Below, one piece after another: positions 16,242 to 28,964 of a DNA stretch of 64,000 nt. The translations under genes and the position numbers were made by a program. The notes under the pieces were generated by a model. The model was not told the DNA's origin, did not search any database, and worked only from the letters and a program-made list of their open reading frames with translations. Position 1 is the stretch's first letter. Each line of letters starts with the position of its first letter. The stretch is from Paraspadella gotoi (Eukaryota; Animalia; Chaetognatha), in NCBI GenBank assembly GCA_051294375.1, contig CM119267.1, positions 18,144,992 to 18,208,991 of the forward strand, written 5' to 3'.

Positions 16242-19200
16242 GATATGTGAAAGAAAAGACAAATAATGTCAATGTTAGTGAAAAATTTAGTTGCTTATCT
16301 CCAAATTTATTTTCCTTTTGTATGATTTGATCAATTCAGTGACATTTCATACATTTATTAAACTCTCATTCATCACGTTCACGCGTTTTCACTCCGAGTG
16401 TTTTCACATCTCGTTCGCTCACCTGAAATGCTTGACGTCTCCCGACTTTTCCTTCTTCCAATTGTCGTCGTCGTCGTCGAACATGGCGACGACGACCTCC
16501 ATGTTTCTTCTCGCCTGTCGGATCCAATCCATCTCCAGCGGAGACAGGCTGGTGCTGCTGATGGTCGACGGGCTGCGGAGGTGAGCTTCCGCGATGGCGC
16601 TGGAGGGTGGGATGGGGAAGAAGACTGTCGACTGTCGAGTGTCGAGTGGTGGCTCTAATTTGTCTTTGACCTTTGGTCTCATTATCTTTCACTTGCCCAT
16701 CTGTGTTTCTGATTGTTTGGAAGAAATTCTGTCCGTCAGTTAGTTTCTGTATCTAAGTGACTGTTTAACTGGTCTTCTGTCCATTATTTAAATTGTCTGT
16801 CATTTATCCACCTATCCGTCTGTCTGATTTGTCTGACTTTTCCCTCTCTCTCTCTCTATCTCTCCTAACCTCAAATACAGACTCTTCGCCCTGGACTTAG
16901 TCCTCGACGACTCCGAAGAGCTGCTGGAGGCCTCCTTCCCCGCGGCGCCCTCCTCCGCTTCCTCCTCGGACTCGACGGGAGTGTGGAATCGTTCGTCGCC
17001 GCTTTTGGTCCAGGCGGACCACCCTGATGCTTCGGAGGAAGCGTTGGAGGACGCCGAAGAGGAGTCGTCAATGTTGGCGCCGACGTTGGCGTCTCCACGG
17101 CGTCGGCGTCGGGACGCGGCGCGAACGGCGTCGTCGGGGACGCCGGGAGGAGATGCGGCGGCATCTACCGGAACGGGTTGGCGCCGGGCGACGTCGAAGT
17201 CGGCGTAGCGTTCCGTTGGGAGGACCTGATTTTTAGTATTACACATTTTAATTATATTTACGTTACAACCTTACAATCTACGTATTATATAATATAATAT
17301 CAGTATTATTATCGATATTTATACCTTGAAATCGAGCAAGCAGACTTCGGACCAAGCAAAGACCATCCCGCTAAGAATGACCAGATACTTGGCCATCGTC
17401 GGTTCGACGGCCTCATCCCCTCCTCCTCCTCCTACCAAGCGCAACTTTCCCAAACTCTCGAAACATTTGGCGACGGCGAACAACGTGGAAATCACCATGG
17501 TAACCAGACACAACCACCAGTGTCGCAGCTGCAGGAACGAGTAGCCGAGTTGCAGCAGGAGGAAGCGAAAGAGGCTGCAGCAGACGCAGTCGAAGAGAGA
17601 GGTTTTGACGGAGTAGTCGAGGATCTGCGACCGCAGGTTGGAGACGAGGGAACCTGAGAAGAGGATGACCTATTTCGTAATATTCCCTCAATAGCCGACG
17701 GACATTAGTCATTAGCCAACGCTCTGTACAACAGGTAAATTGATTATTGGAATTAGACAACACCGGGACGAAAATAATACCAAACATCTCTACGCCATTG
17801 GTCGGTGGCCAATGGTGGCCACTGGCCAATGGTCACGCCACCACGAAATAACGCGCCTGCAATCGGACACGCCTACCACCTCGACACCTGGCAACAAGGC
17901 GAGATAGACGACCCAAAGGACGAACGTGACGATGAGATCAAAGGCGACGACGTAGACGAAGAGGCGCCTGATTGGCGACAGGCCCGACGACCGACGCCGC
18001 GGGACGCCCAGGCGGTCGAAGAATGTTTTGCTTGAGGTCACCTGGCATGGTAGCGGAGTAATTTTCGCGACTCAGTCTCTTAATTTAATTTGAAAATTGT
18101 GGTGTAAACCAATTTAGAAAATAGCTACAGTTTAATAAGTACATGTAAAAGCCTTTTTTTTCGTTAATAGATTGAAAGAGAGAATTAGTTTATTTAAATT
18201 GTTAGCGAGTAATAAAAGTCTAAAGTATTATAGATTCCTCCATAATTTTTTTAATTTGTCAGAGCGTTTTTCTCTTTTTTTTCTATATTTTTTTGACACG
18301 CTAAACGTTTCTCTGATTACACAAAATTTTCATGAAAAAAATAAAAAATTAATAGTACCAATAGTTAGTGTTATGTCTCGAATAGATGGAAAAAAAACCT
18401 CGTTGAAAAATTCGATCGGGAAGTGGGGTAATAAGGCTTACTAATGGCATCCTCCACGCCAATCGTTCTCTCAAATAATTTTTTTTATTTAATACATTTG
18501 AAAGGGAAAAAAGAAAATTCAGAATGCAGGTTCAGAAAGGGTACAGATAACTGGACATACTGACATGATAATCATGACCTTTTATGTCTTGTGAAATGGG
18601 GGCAGTAAGAAACCTAAAAAATTCGATCATTAAGTCAGTCAATAAACCCTTTCCAATGGGCTATTCCGCAAAATTTTTTTTCTTAATTTAAACGGATGAT
18701 AAGTAAAAGAATTAAATTCCTTGTATAAAGGTTGTTATATTTAAAAGAAAATTATCAATACAAATAAACACAATGATGTCTTGCTTTGTCAAATATGTCG
18801 CCAGCTATGTAATTTTTTAAAATTTTATTATAAACAAGCAGCGTGTCAAGCTTTTTGTTTGCAGTTGAAGATAATGAAAAATGACAATTTTTTTTTCACA
18901 GACAAGAATAGACGTCCAGACTGTTTATATCAATCTGAAAATATTTTTGTATTTATCATTTTTCATATTTAAAAAAACATTTTATCCAGCTACTTCATAA
19001 TTTTTGCTTGTTTTTTACTTTAACTAAAAAAATACAAGCAAATTTAAAAGTAGTAGAGCAAATTTAATGGTAATCAAAATGTAATTTAGTCTTTCCTTTT
19101 CAATACGAAAGAAGAAAAAAAATTTCACATGCCTCATTGAAATTTTAATGCAAAAAACTGTTATACTTTTAACTCCGATTTAAATAAAAGCTGTGTAAAG

Positions 19201-21814
19201 ATTTATGGATAAAATTTAATAAAACTATTTCAGAGAGGTGTCCCATGATTAGGCTTTAATTTAATACCTCACCCAGTTTCCTACCTCTTTTCTTTCCAAA
19301 GTTATACAAGAAAATAACTTTTTAACCGTGAGAGAACTAAGGATTTGAACTACGCAGTACAAATCTTTGTTAAATAAAAATTTCAGCAAAGCGGAGTATC
19401 TCAATTTTACCTATTGGTACAATACGTAAATTTTAAAAATAAACTTAAAGAAAAATTTTCCGTCCTCTAGAGACATATCACTTTAGGTTTACCCATCGTC
19501 TTACACATTTATGGATTATGCTGGAAGAAATCAGCAAAACGTTTTCTATTTTTTAAATAGTTTGTACTAGCGCGTCAGAAATCTAAGAAGAAACTCGAAA
19601 ATTTTATTCTGACAAATTTTGCCTTTCAAGGCTGACTTTTATGACTATATCTCGGAAACCATTGTAGGAATTTAAAAACGGTTTTTTGCAAGTGAATATT
19701 GATATCATCCTCCAGGGACCGGCATAAAAATATAATAAAAAAATAAACTAATATTGGCTCTCGAGTGAGGTATCTAAGTATTAGAAATGTAGGATTATTT
19801 CTTATACTGTATTAAATTTTGATATTTCTTAAGGTAATTTTCTATTCAAAATATATATGAACGTTAATTATTCCTAAATCAAAATTGTATTAACCTGTCT
19901 GTTAAGAAAAGCTTACTGTTCCTAAACCAGATCGAGAAACTTTAATTCATTATAAAGAATATACGCACAAGTATGGACCATTTTATAGGATACCTAAATT
20001 GTAAAAATTGAACAAAGCAAACTCCTGTAGTTATTACATAAAGCAATTAGTAAAAATCTTTTTCCAGTGATTTTTTAAAAAATTCTTAAATTATATATTT
20101 TTTAATATTTATAAAATATTTTTTATAATATTGATTAAATAATGTTTTAAATATTTTATTTAGATGCAGGACAGTAAGAAACTACCTCATTTTTTTAGCT
20201 CCAGAGCTTTTATAATACAGTAATCATTATTTTTAAAATTATCTACTTGCCTTGTTTATATTACTTTTTGATTTTTAATAAATTTAATAATAATTCATTG
20301 AATAAATAGCAACCATTTTGTTCTGGCTTAATGATTCAATCGCTCACAACTTCAAATAATACAATTTAAATATCAAATCAGTTAGTATATTTTTATCAAT
20401 TTTTGTATTTTTTTAAATATTTGTTAATTTGTTTTTATTAATGCATTTATTTTATACTAATTTAAATTTAAATAATTTATATTTATTTAAAATATTTTTT
20501 ATGTCATTTTTTTAATAAATTTTATTTTGATATAGAAAAACATCGATTTGGGAAACAGTGCTAATTTTATTTAGACCATGCATTCAAACCATTTAGCTGG
20601 TTCATTATTCAAGGCCAGAGAAATTTTTTTTACCTCACCACAATTTCTCTGGCCTTGAATAATAAACCAGCTAAATGGTTTGAATGCATGGTCTAAATAA
20701 AATTAGCACTGTTTCCCAAATCGATGTTTTTCTATATCAAACTATTCGGTGCATGAGATGACACTTAACAAAATTTTATTTTAAAATAAAACTATTATCT
20801 AAAAATTAGAAAAATGAGAAATTATGACTCATTTAAATTGAATGTTCTGCAAAAAAAAATTGATAAAAATTGAAATCGAAATATAGGATCATAAATGGTA
20901 AGAACTTATCTTTGACATTGTTATCTCAGAAATAAGATTTAACAAGATATAACAGAGTTCCGCACATTATGTAAAAGTTAAACGACAGTACCATTGGGAC
21001 ACCCTGTAATAAATGTTATATAAAAAAACAAGACTTTACCTCAAGATCAGGGAGCTAATTTCATAAATGTGTATAACTATATTATTCGGTTATACTGGGT
21101 ATATTGTAAATAGCGTTTCGTCTTGTTAGTCACGGACAAGTCCGCAATGAAACCTTCTCACCGATAATTTAAAAAAAAAAAAAAAAAAACAAGGAGGAAA
21201 AAAGGAAAAAGGAAAAGGAAGAGATGATATCGAAAAACGATGAGGGTGAAGATTGAAAGGGGGCGGAGGGGGGAGTGGGGTAGAGAGGCAGAGGGGAAAG
21301 CGAGGGAGTTCACAAAAAAGTGGCTGTCTCGTGAGAGATAGGAAGAAAGTTAATATTCGAAGTTTAAAGAGAGAGAGAGACAGAGAGGGAGAGATGATCT
21401 TTTTACCCTGACGATGGGTCGCTGGTCCGAAATTCCGAGAAACGCGTAGGCCGGGTCGCCCCTCGGAACGAAACCTCCGCCGCCCCCAACGCCGCTCCCA
21501 TCTCCACTGACGCCTCCGCCGCCATTTTCTATCGGCGCTATCGGCTGCGGCGGCTGCGGCGGCGTTCCGTCGTCCGCCGCGGCCCTGCGACCCGGCGTCG
21601 GACACCTGTGAGCGATCGAGGCGCCGCGTTTACGGTTACGCCGAGAGGGAGTCGGTGGAGACGACGGCGTCGGCAGAGAGGCGGACACGATCACTTCGGG
21701 CGGACGGAGGATCGGCGGGGGCTGCGGCGGGGGCTGCGGCGGGGGCGGCTGGTGCTGCGGGTGCTGAGGATGCGGCAGCAAGGGGGCGGATTCGTCCGTC
21801 GAGAGTCGACGCAT
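15376..21814 (-). CDS. STARD3: STARD3/MLN64-like late-endosomal cholesterol transfer protein (MENTAL 4-TM domain + FFAT-like motif + START domain), 7 exons
   Basis: Exons 21814-21407, 18041-~17888, ~17653-17325, 17225-16870, 16599-16423, 16115-15863, 15651-15376 with GT-AG ends in compatible phases (the exon 2/3 junction is ambiguous). MENTAL motifs SPIRRLFVYVVAFDL, SLFD..LFRF..LRHWW, WSEVCLLDFKVLP; START motifs GGGVISPRDYVDL, FVRGVNGP, GGWIPQRFVDAAI. Confidence 0.93.
16146..16240. repeat. (GATA)n microsatellite in a STARD3 intron
   Basis: Directly visible. Confidence 0.95.
20526..20741. repeat. Near-perfect 100-bp inverted repeat (hairpin or foldback element) in STARD3 intron 1
   Basis: Arm 20526-20625 (tttgatatagaaaaacatcg...ccagagaaatt) is the reverse complement of 20642-20741; one mismatch seen; 16-nt loop. 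Confidence 0.92.
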
Positions 21815-22541
21815 AATTAGTGTTTGTTTTGCAAATCGTTCGTTTGTTCCTTTTTGTTTTTGGTTTTGTTTTTTGTTTTGTAATTGTAGTTTATTTACCA
21901 AATATTATTCGTATATGACGTATTTGTTTTCAATATTTATTTGACAACCCAAGAAACTCAATCTTGGTTGATTTGTTCATCTTTTAGTTTTTTATTCTGG
22001 GTTTTTTTTGGTTTGTTTTCATTCCGCCTCTTATTTTTTTTTATCAAGACAAATCACAAGATTCTGAACCGGTTCGGTTCAAGCAGAATAAATCTATGAC
22101 TCAGCTTTCTGGTCGGATGTTTTACTCTTTTTCTGTTAATATTTATATTAATTCATATTTATATACATATAGTTATATATTACGAGATATCGTAAATAAA
22201 CATGAACCATTTAAAATCATCACGGAAAAATAAACAGAGAAAAGTTTTATCATTTTTTTTAATTGGAGGTGATTGTGAATCGAGTGACGAATCTTCAACC
22301 AAAAAGTGAGATCGATCAAGTTTTATCATTATCATTCAAACCTTTAGTTATCAGTCAAAAAATTCCTGTTTTTCGAATTCGTTTAAAAACAAACAAAACC
22401 AACCAATCGGCCGACTTTCTCATCTTCTTTAAAATTAGAAAATGGAATTTAAAATTTCTAAAAGAAAAAAATTAACTAGTAGATATTTCTTCAAAATAAA
22501 TCGTTGTTGAAAATTATTTCAAACTTTTTCTCAGTTGAATA

Positions 22542-23379
22542 TTTTTATCGAGCCTTGACCGCGAAGCCGGGTCAGCCTCTATAATGTTTTAGGGTTGCTT
22601 CTTTGTGACGTCGTCGTCGTCGTCGTCGTGGTCACCGCTGTTTTCATATATAAAAACTACTACGCTTTTATAGGTTTGGCTGTGACTTACCGTTTTTTTT
22701 TAAATAAAAATTATTATGAATTATGATAAAGTTTTACAAAAGTGTGCGATCATAGTAAGTTAAAAATTTAGATATGGCTTTTCATCTTGAAATAGCTGTG
22801 ATATTTTCATATTACATTTGGATTTAAGTATTTTTTGTTTGAATTTCCACTTCATTATGATTTACTGCAATATGCAAATGAGATTATAGTACTCATTATA
22901 ATATCCAAATTAGTATATAGAAATGCTAAAGCTAATTTACATATTGCAGTATATAATATTGAAGATGAAATTCAAAAAATTTTTTAAATTTCTAATAAAA
23001 ATGGGAACTCAAAGGATTTTTTTAATGAGAAGCTATATCTTAATTTTAATACAATAAAATAAAAATCTTTTACAAGCTGCGATTGGAAAAAATTGGAAAA
23101 GTTTCCAATTGTAAACCATTGTAACATTTTTTGCCTTTCTTTATTTTATTTTTTAATTATATATATTTTTTTTTAGGCGCTGCCTTTTCTGAATCGTTTA
23201 AAAAACGAGTTCAGTTTCTCTCTGTCTCTCTTTGTGTGCGATCTCTTGCGTGATCGTTCGTTTTTTGAAAAGAAATTTTTCTTTCTAAAAACATATATAT
23301 TTGATCATGCGCTGCCTTTTCTGAATCGTTTAAAAAAAAACGAGTTCAGGCTCTCTCTCTCTCTCCCTCCGTCTCCTCC

Positions 23380-23440
<61 letters not shown>

Positions 23441-23777
23441 TAAAAAAAAATTATTCACTTTGTTTTACACCGTTTTTTGAAAAATTCTTATTATTCTTTC
23501 CTTCTAAAAACTTTTATTATCGCCATTTATTCCGCGCTTCTTTCTCAATACAAAATCCCAAATTTACATCTGAGATTTTCGTGGATTTTTTTGAGAAAAT
23601 GTGAAGAATAAACTAACTTCACCATGGATTTCGTGGCCGTTGCGGGGCAACGAGTAAACAATGTCGAGGAACATGACCTAATAACGCGTTACGTGTATAA
23701 AAAAAATCAACTTGACCGAGATCACGCCGATATAAACAAGAGTGACCTAATATTGCGTATCGTTGGCGGAAAAACTT

Positions 23778-23843
<66 letters not shown>

Positions 23844-23919
23844 CTCTCTCACTCTCTCTCTCTTTTTTTTTTTTACAAAAAAAAATTTATTCACTTGTAA
23901 ACGAGTAAACACGTGTTCC

Positions 23920-23961
<42 letters not shown>

Positions 23962-25216
23962 TTCTCTCTATCTGTCTCTCTCTCTCTTTCTCTCTTTCTA
24001 TCTCTTTTTTTTGTACAAAAATAATTTTTAGTCACCTTTTTTTTACCTCCGTCACTGCGCGACGAGTAAACGAGTTCCGGCTCTCTCTATCTTCTCTCTC
24101 TCTCTCTCTTTTTTTTTTACAAAAAAAATTTTTTAGTCACTTTTTTTTCACTCTCTCTCTCTCTTTCTCTCTCTGTCTCTCTCTCTATGTACGACCGTTC
24201 GTTTTTGAAAAATTCTTATTATTTTTTTCCTTCAAAAAAACTTTTATTATCGCCATTTATTTTTTTTCTCTATACAAAATCCCCAAATTTACATCCGAGA
24301 TTTTTATGGATTCCTTTTAGAAAAAGGAAAAATAACTTATAATGCAGGCAATGTCACATGTACATCAGCTTGCTGCTGTACATATAGCTGCTATATGTCC
24401 GGCAATTGCGCGATTAATTTAATTACATATATAACTTTCTAACAAAAAAATTTTTTTTGTTTTTGTTTATTATGTAACTTTGGACCGGTCGGCCCACTAT
24501 TGGCAAATTATATCTAAAATAGGAGTTGAGAAGAGAGATATTGTCAAATTAAACATTACTTTTTTTGTTATTCTAATAATTTTTACAATTTTAAAATTGT
24601 AAATTTTTTTTAGTGTATATATTTAATCATTTTTATTCTTTTTTAAAATAATAATTATTTGAGTTGGATAAATATTTATAAATTAGTTAAATATGCAAAT
24701 ATGAAATTTGACCTCGGTCTGGTTTCTTCTTAAAAAAAAGAACAATCTAAAATTTCATTCAAAGAAAGGAAAAGAGTTCGTCCCTACTCAGATACGTCGA
24801 AAAACGAGTTCAGCTCTGCAGGGCGGTCCAGCTTCTGATTATACTTATATAAACGAGAGTGAAAACTGACCAGCCTCTCTCACTCTTCTCTTCTCTCTCC
24901 TCTCTCTCTCTTCTCTCTCTCTCTCTCTTCATTCATACACGCATTTGTTTGTTTTTATTTACGATGAATGACTCATCGCGTCAATGAATGACTATCATCG
25001 CATCAATGAATGATTATCATCATATTCAATGAATGATTATCATCACATCAATGAATGACTATCATCGCATCAATCATTTGATTATCATCACATCAGTTAT
25101 TTTATTATCATCGCATCAATTATTGGTTATCATCGCATCAATATTTGGTTATCATCGCATCAATATTTGGTTATTCACAAAAGTAGGCTCGATTCCTTAT
25201 GCTTTTAAGATTTTTT
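22542..25216 (+). mobile_element. Putative Helentron-associated non-autonomous element (HINE-like) carrying tandem repeats
   Basis: 5' T-run, then atcgagcct (22547-22555), hairpin tgacc-gcgaagcc-gggtca and a (GTC)n microsatellite; 3' reverse complement aggctcgat (25185-25193), short ctta..taag hairpin and T-run. This matches the known layout of HINEs. Confidence 0.55.
24964..25175 (+). repeat. ~22-bp minisatellite (atgaatgactatcatcgcatca) x ~9
   Basis: Directly visible; the unit drifts to atatttggttatcatcgcatca toward the 3' end. Confidence 0.9.
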
Positions 25217-26127
25217 AAAACGAATTTATGGTCAAAACAATGCAAACGAATAAATTTACTACTTTCCCCGCTATCCTTTTACCGCCAATTCCTCTCTCGT
25301 AAAGATCCAAAACTCATCTATTATCATCAGGCATCGTCCGCTTCATCTCAAATCCTTTACCTCCGACCAAACCTTACCGCTTTTCGCCTTACCTTCCCAA
25401 CTCCCACCCCCCCCCCGCCGACGCCATTTGCCGCTTCGCGGTATCGCTGCCCGGTTCTTCGTGCCTCTCTCCTTCGCGAATCAATTTACAGGAGATTCGG
25501 TTCCATCGGAGCTGAAAGGTTTTTAATCTGATCGATAAGCCCGCGAGGGATCGCGTCCTCAGCCCCTCCCTTTCCTATCGATCCCTTACCCTTTCTAGTC
25601 TGCTTCCGCCCTGACTTTTCCCTCACCTTATCGTCGGCGAGGCTTCACCGTATAGATTTTCAGCTTATCGCTGATTTTATGATTTTTTTATGGCAGGCCA
25701 GCTAATCACACGTTATTAATAGTTAGTCAAACTGAATTTTTCACATATTTACGACGCAGCAGCAATTACTATTCATACATATAATAATAATAATTGAATT
25801 GTTTTCATATAAGTCAGTGTGGAAGGAAAGCGTCTGTCTCTTTCTCTATCCTTTTTCCCTCATTTCTCTTCTCTCTCCTCTCTCTCTCTCTCTCTCCACC
25901 GCCAGAATCCAAACACCAACGGCCTTGTCAGACCTCTCATTTTTCTCTCTACTTCTCTCTCTCTATCTCCTCTCTCTCTCTCTCTCTCCACCGCCAGAAC
26001 CAAACACCAACGGCCTTGTCAGACCCCTCCAATTGGTTCCATTGGTTCCATTAGGTCTTCGTGTCCAATTTGAGCAAATTTGATTTTTCCCCCGCCGATG
26101 GAGATGAGATCGGAAAAACCCGGTCTG

Positions 26128-26161
<34 letters not shown>

Positions 26162-26361
26162 TCTATTGAATATTGGCCATTAAGCGAATGATTTTATCGG
26201 AAAGCCAAAAAGTCTGACGGTCGCAAAGATAAAATATATGTACGTACAATAAAATATAAATATACATAAAATTATAAATACCAATTTGAAGGGATAAAAT
26301 TCATGAGTGAAAAGGAATATGACCTTTCACTTTTAACTAAATCTCTAAAGAGTAAATCTCT

Positions 26362-26520
26362 AATGGTAGGGTAGGGTAGGGGGTAGGTAAGGTAGGGATC
26401 CAGCCGCGTACCTCGAGGAACAGGTAGGCTTCCTCAATGAGACACCCGGTCACAACCGAAGGGGCGGGCGGCTCCGCTTCCAGGCGGGAGGAAGTATGCA
26501 ATGCCTGACTACAACTATAC
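26362..26520 (-). mobile_element. Possible SINE/LINE 3' fragment with a (CCTAC)n tail (second copy at ~33380-33540)
   Basis: GC-rich ~130-bp island in AT-rich context ending, on the minus strand, in ccctaccttacctaccccctaccctaccctacc; simple-repeat tails are typical of non-LTR element 3' ends. Confidence 0.35.
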
Positions 26521-26890
26521 ATGTCTTCAAGTATGCAAAACTGAAGAATACTCATACAAACTACAATTGATCCATCAAAATCGATCACAAAATTTGCTTT
26601 ACAATATATTTAATGGGCATTAAAGTTAAAAACGCGAACACAGCCCGTTTTGGCTAACGAGACCAATGAGAAAACTATTTTTGTTGTTGCAAGTACAAAG
26701 AGAATATAAACAAATTCGTTTTTTAAGTTTTTTAACAAATTTAGTTCCAATGCACCAGTTTCCAACTCATTTATAGAAAGTCAACTAATATCATTGATTT
26801 GACAGTTGAAAATAGTTCATGTCAATCATGTCAAGGCCATTTTTTGGGTTCTCACGTATCGTCTACCGGACCTCACCGTTAGAAACAACT

Positions 26891-28568
26891 TCACAACTTT
26901 TCCTCCTCCTCCTCCCTCGTCTCCTCATCTCCCTCTCCCCTCTCCTCTTCTCGAAATGGATGAGCTTAGAGAAAAGCGCCACCTTTGTCGCCTCCGCCGC
27001 GAAGACGACGACGTTAGAGTGCGATGGAGACGTCGTGGACGACGCATTCGGACGACGACGACGACGACGACGACGACGGGGTCGGCGTGCGAGGACGTTC
27101 GCGTCGAGAGACGACGACGAAGACGAGGATAAAAAAGAGAAGGAGAATGAGAAGACGACGATTATGAGGGAGCGATGGAGAAGCCGAGACTCGGGGAGAT
27201 GGAGTGTTCTGAGGAGTTTGAGAAATGATGAAAGGTAAGTATAATATCATTGCATATTGTAATAATAACAAAAAATGTTTTTTTATGTTTTACGAGAGTG
27301 TACTTCTCACCAAATATTCTTTGTTATGAAAATTGCAAAATTACTTTTAAGTATTAGATTTTATAATATTTATTAAAATTATATATATATTGATTAGCTA
27401 ATTTTAATAATTTTTTTTCTTTCATTCATATCTCCTAAGCATCGAGCATTTCAAGAGTGATATCCCTTAGACAGTGTCCAGTAGGGTGGATGATGAAAAG
27501 ATTGAGTGATTGAACATTATTTTTTTGCTGCCTATGGATATATAATAATGAATTTTAAATCCTTTAAAATTTTTTAGCATAACAGTAACAAATCAATTAT
27601 TTATGTAGTAAAACCTTATAAAATCGTCAAATTTTAAAATATTTTTATTTATTTTTAAGAATTGATTTGGATTCCTATAAAAAACTAAGAAACTTTTATA
27701 AAATATTTATATGATATTTTAATGTTAGACCACAAAAAATGACTAAAACGTTTTAACATATATAAGTTTCTACTACAGAGAATAAAAAAGTCAGGAATTT
27801 TATTTTTTCTTATTTTAAAACATTGAAGATGACAGAATTTTTGATAACATGTTTATATTTTTGATTCAACTTTTTATAGAAGAATCTGAATCTTTAATAA
27901 AAGTTTTTAAAAATTTTTAAAATTTACTATTTTATAAAGGATATTACTACAAATATATTATATTTTACTATTCTGTTCCCGAGATAATATGAACAAAATA
28001 TTTTTTGTACTAGTTAATCATACCATCTCACATCTAAATATCATTGTTCGATCATTCAAATAAATTTTTGTTCTTGAGTGCTCCACTCTAGTGTCCAGTG
28101 GACACGCTAGAGAACCGTTTATATTCATATCAGCAGTGATTGCAAAAAGACAACAAAATACAAATTTGCAATTAGAACTACCGAGTTCAAAGTCTAAAAA
28201 CAAAATAATTGCTCAGTGCTCTCATTAAATCTAAAAAAAAAATTAATTGAAAAGTTAACAAAAAAAAAATTAATTGAAAAAACAACTTCTGATCCAACAT
28301 GCATCCAACATCCAACATGCATATCCGCATTCCTCAAACCTGAGTCTGTGGAACATGACACTTCCAAGGACGATGACAGGAAGTTGAAAGATGAGTTGAA
28401 TCGCGGAGCCAATGACGACGAAAAGGAGAAGAATCGCCCAACCGACGCCGTTAATCCATCGCAGTCGGTGATGTCCAGCATGAGGACGAGTGCCACGATG
28501 ATCAGGAAGAACTGAAGCAAGGAGAGGAGCAAAGCAGCCAGGGACATGGACTTTTTTGGCGGTGGCAT
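26891..28568 (-). CDS. Four-TM small membrane protein, paralogue B (copy 1, with indels)
   Basis: Exon 1 28568-28340 (MPPPKKSMSLAALLLSLLQFF...MFHRLR, donor AG|gtttga), exon 2 27208-26891 (TLPSPRVLGFSIAS...VVFAAEATKVALFSKLIHFEK); same intron position as paralogue A. Confidence 0.7.
27482..28090. mobile_element. 609-bp non-autonomous hAT-type element (MITE) with an 8-bp TSD
   Basis: TSD gtgtccag at 27474-27481 and 28091-28098; termini tagggtgga / tccactcta are imperfect TIRs; the duplicate region shows the empty site (single gtgtccag at 34834-34841). Confidence 0.88.
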
Positions 28569-28964
28569 GATCGGCGTTGGAGATTTTTAGTTTTTTTGGT
28601 CACTTGATGAATGATTCTTTTTGGAGTCTGTGGGAGTTTGACTAATCTGCTAATTGCGCAGGTAGAAGTTTTTTTTTTAGCCGCAAAATATCCTCAGCCA
28701 CTGATAATAATATAACATTGTATAATGAGAGAAAGAATATTTTATTCTGTACATTGAAAAATTTTTTTGGTTTTTTTTTTTAATTCGCAGTAAACCCTTA
28801 ATAGCCACTTTCATTAAACTGCCTGTGCCCTCATCCCACCAATCATCTAGTGCACCAGTTTCTACCTCATTTAAAAAAAGAAAGTTAACTAATTTAGTAT
28901 TGAATCGACACTTGACAATTATTCAATATCAATGCCGTCACGTCAAATTAGACCGGCCTTCACA

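Noticed and set aside
19231-21008. Possible Tc1-type element bounded by ggtgtccca / tgggacaccctg-ta
   Set aside because: Only 9 bp of inverted match, the left end lacks a clean TA-CAG start, and no transposase remnant is visible.
24964-25175. Regularly spaced repeats resembling a CRISPR array
   Set aside because: Contiguous tandem units without unique spacers, eukaryotic context, no cas genes.
26395-26495. Twister or HDV-like ribozyme (cccggtcacaacc resembles a twister segment)
   Set aside because: I could not build the required pairings or find the conserved cleavage-site residues; an Infernal search would be needed.
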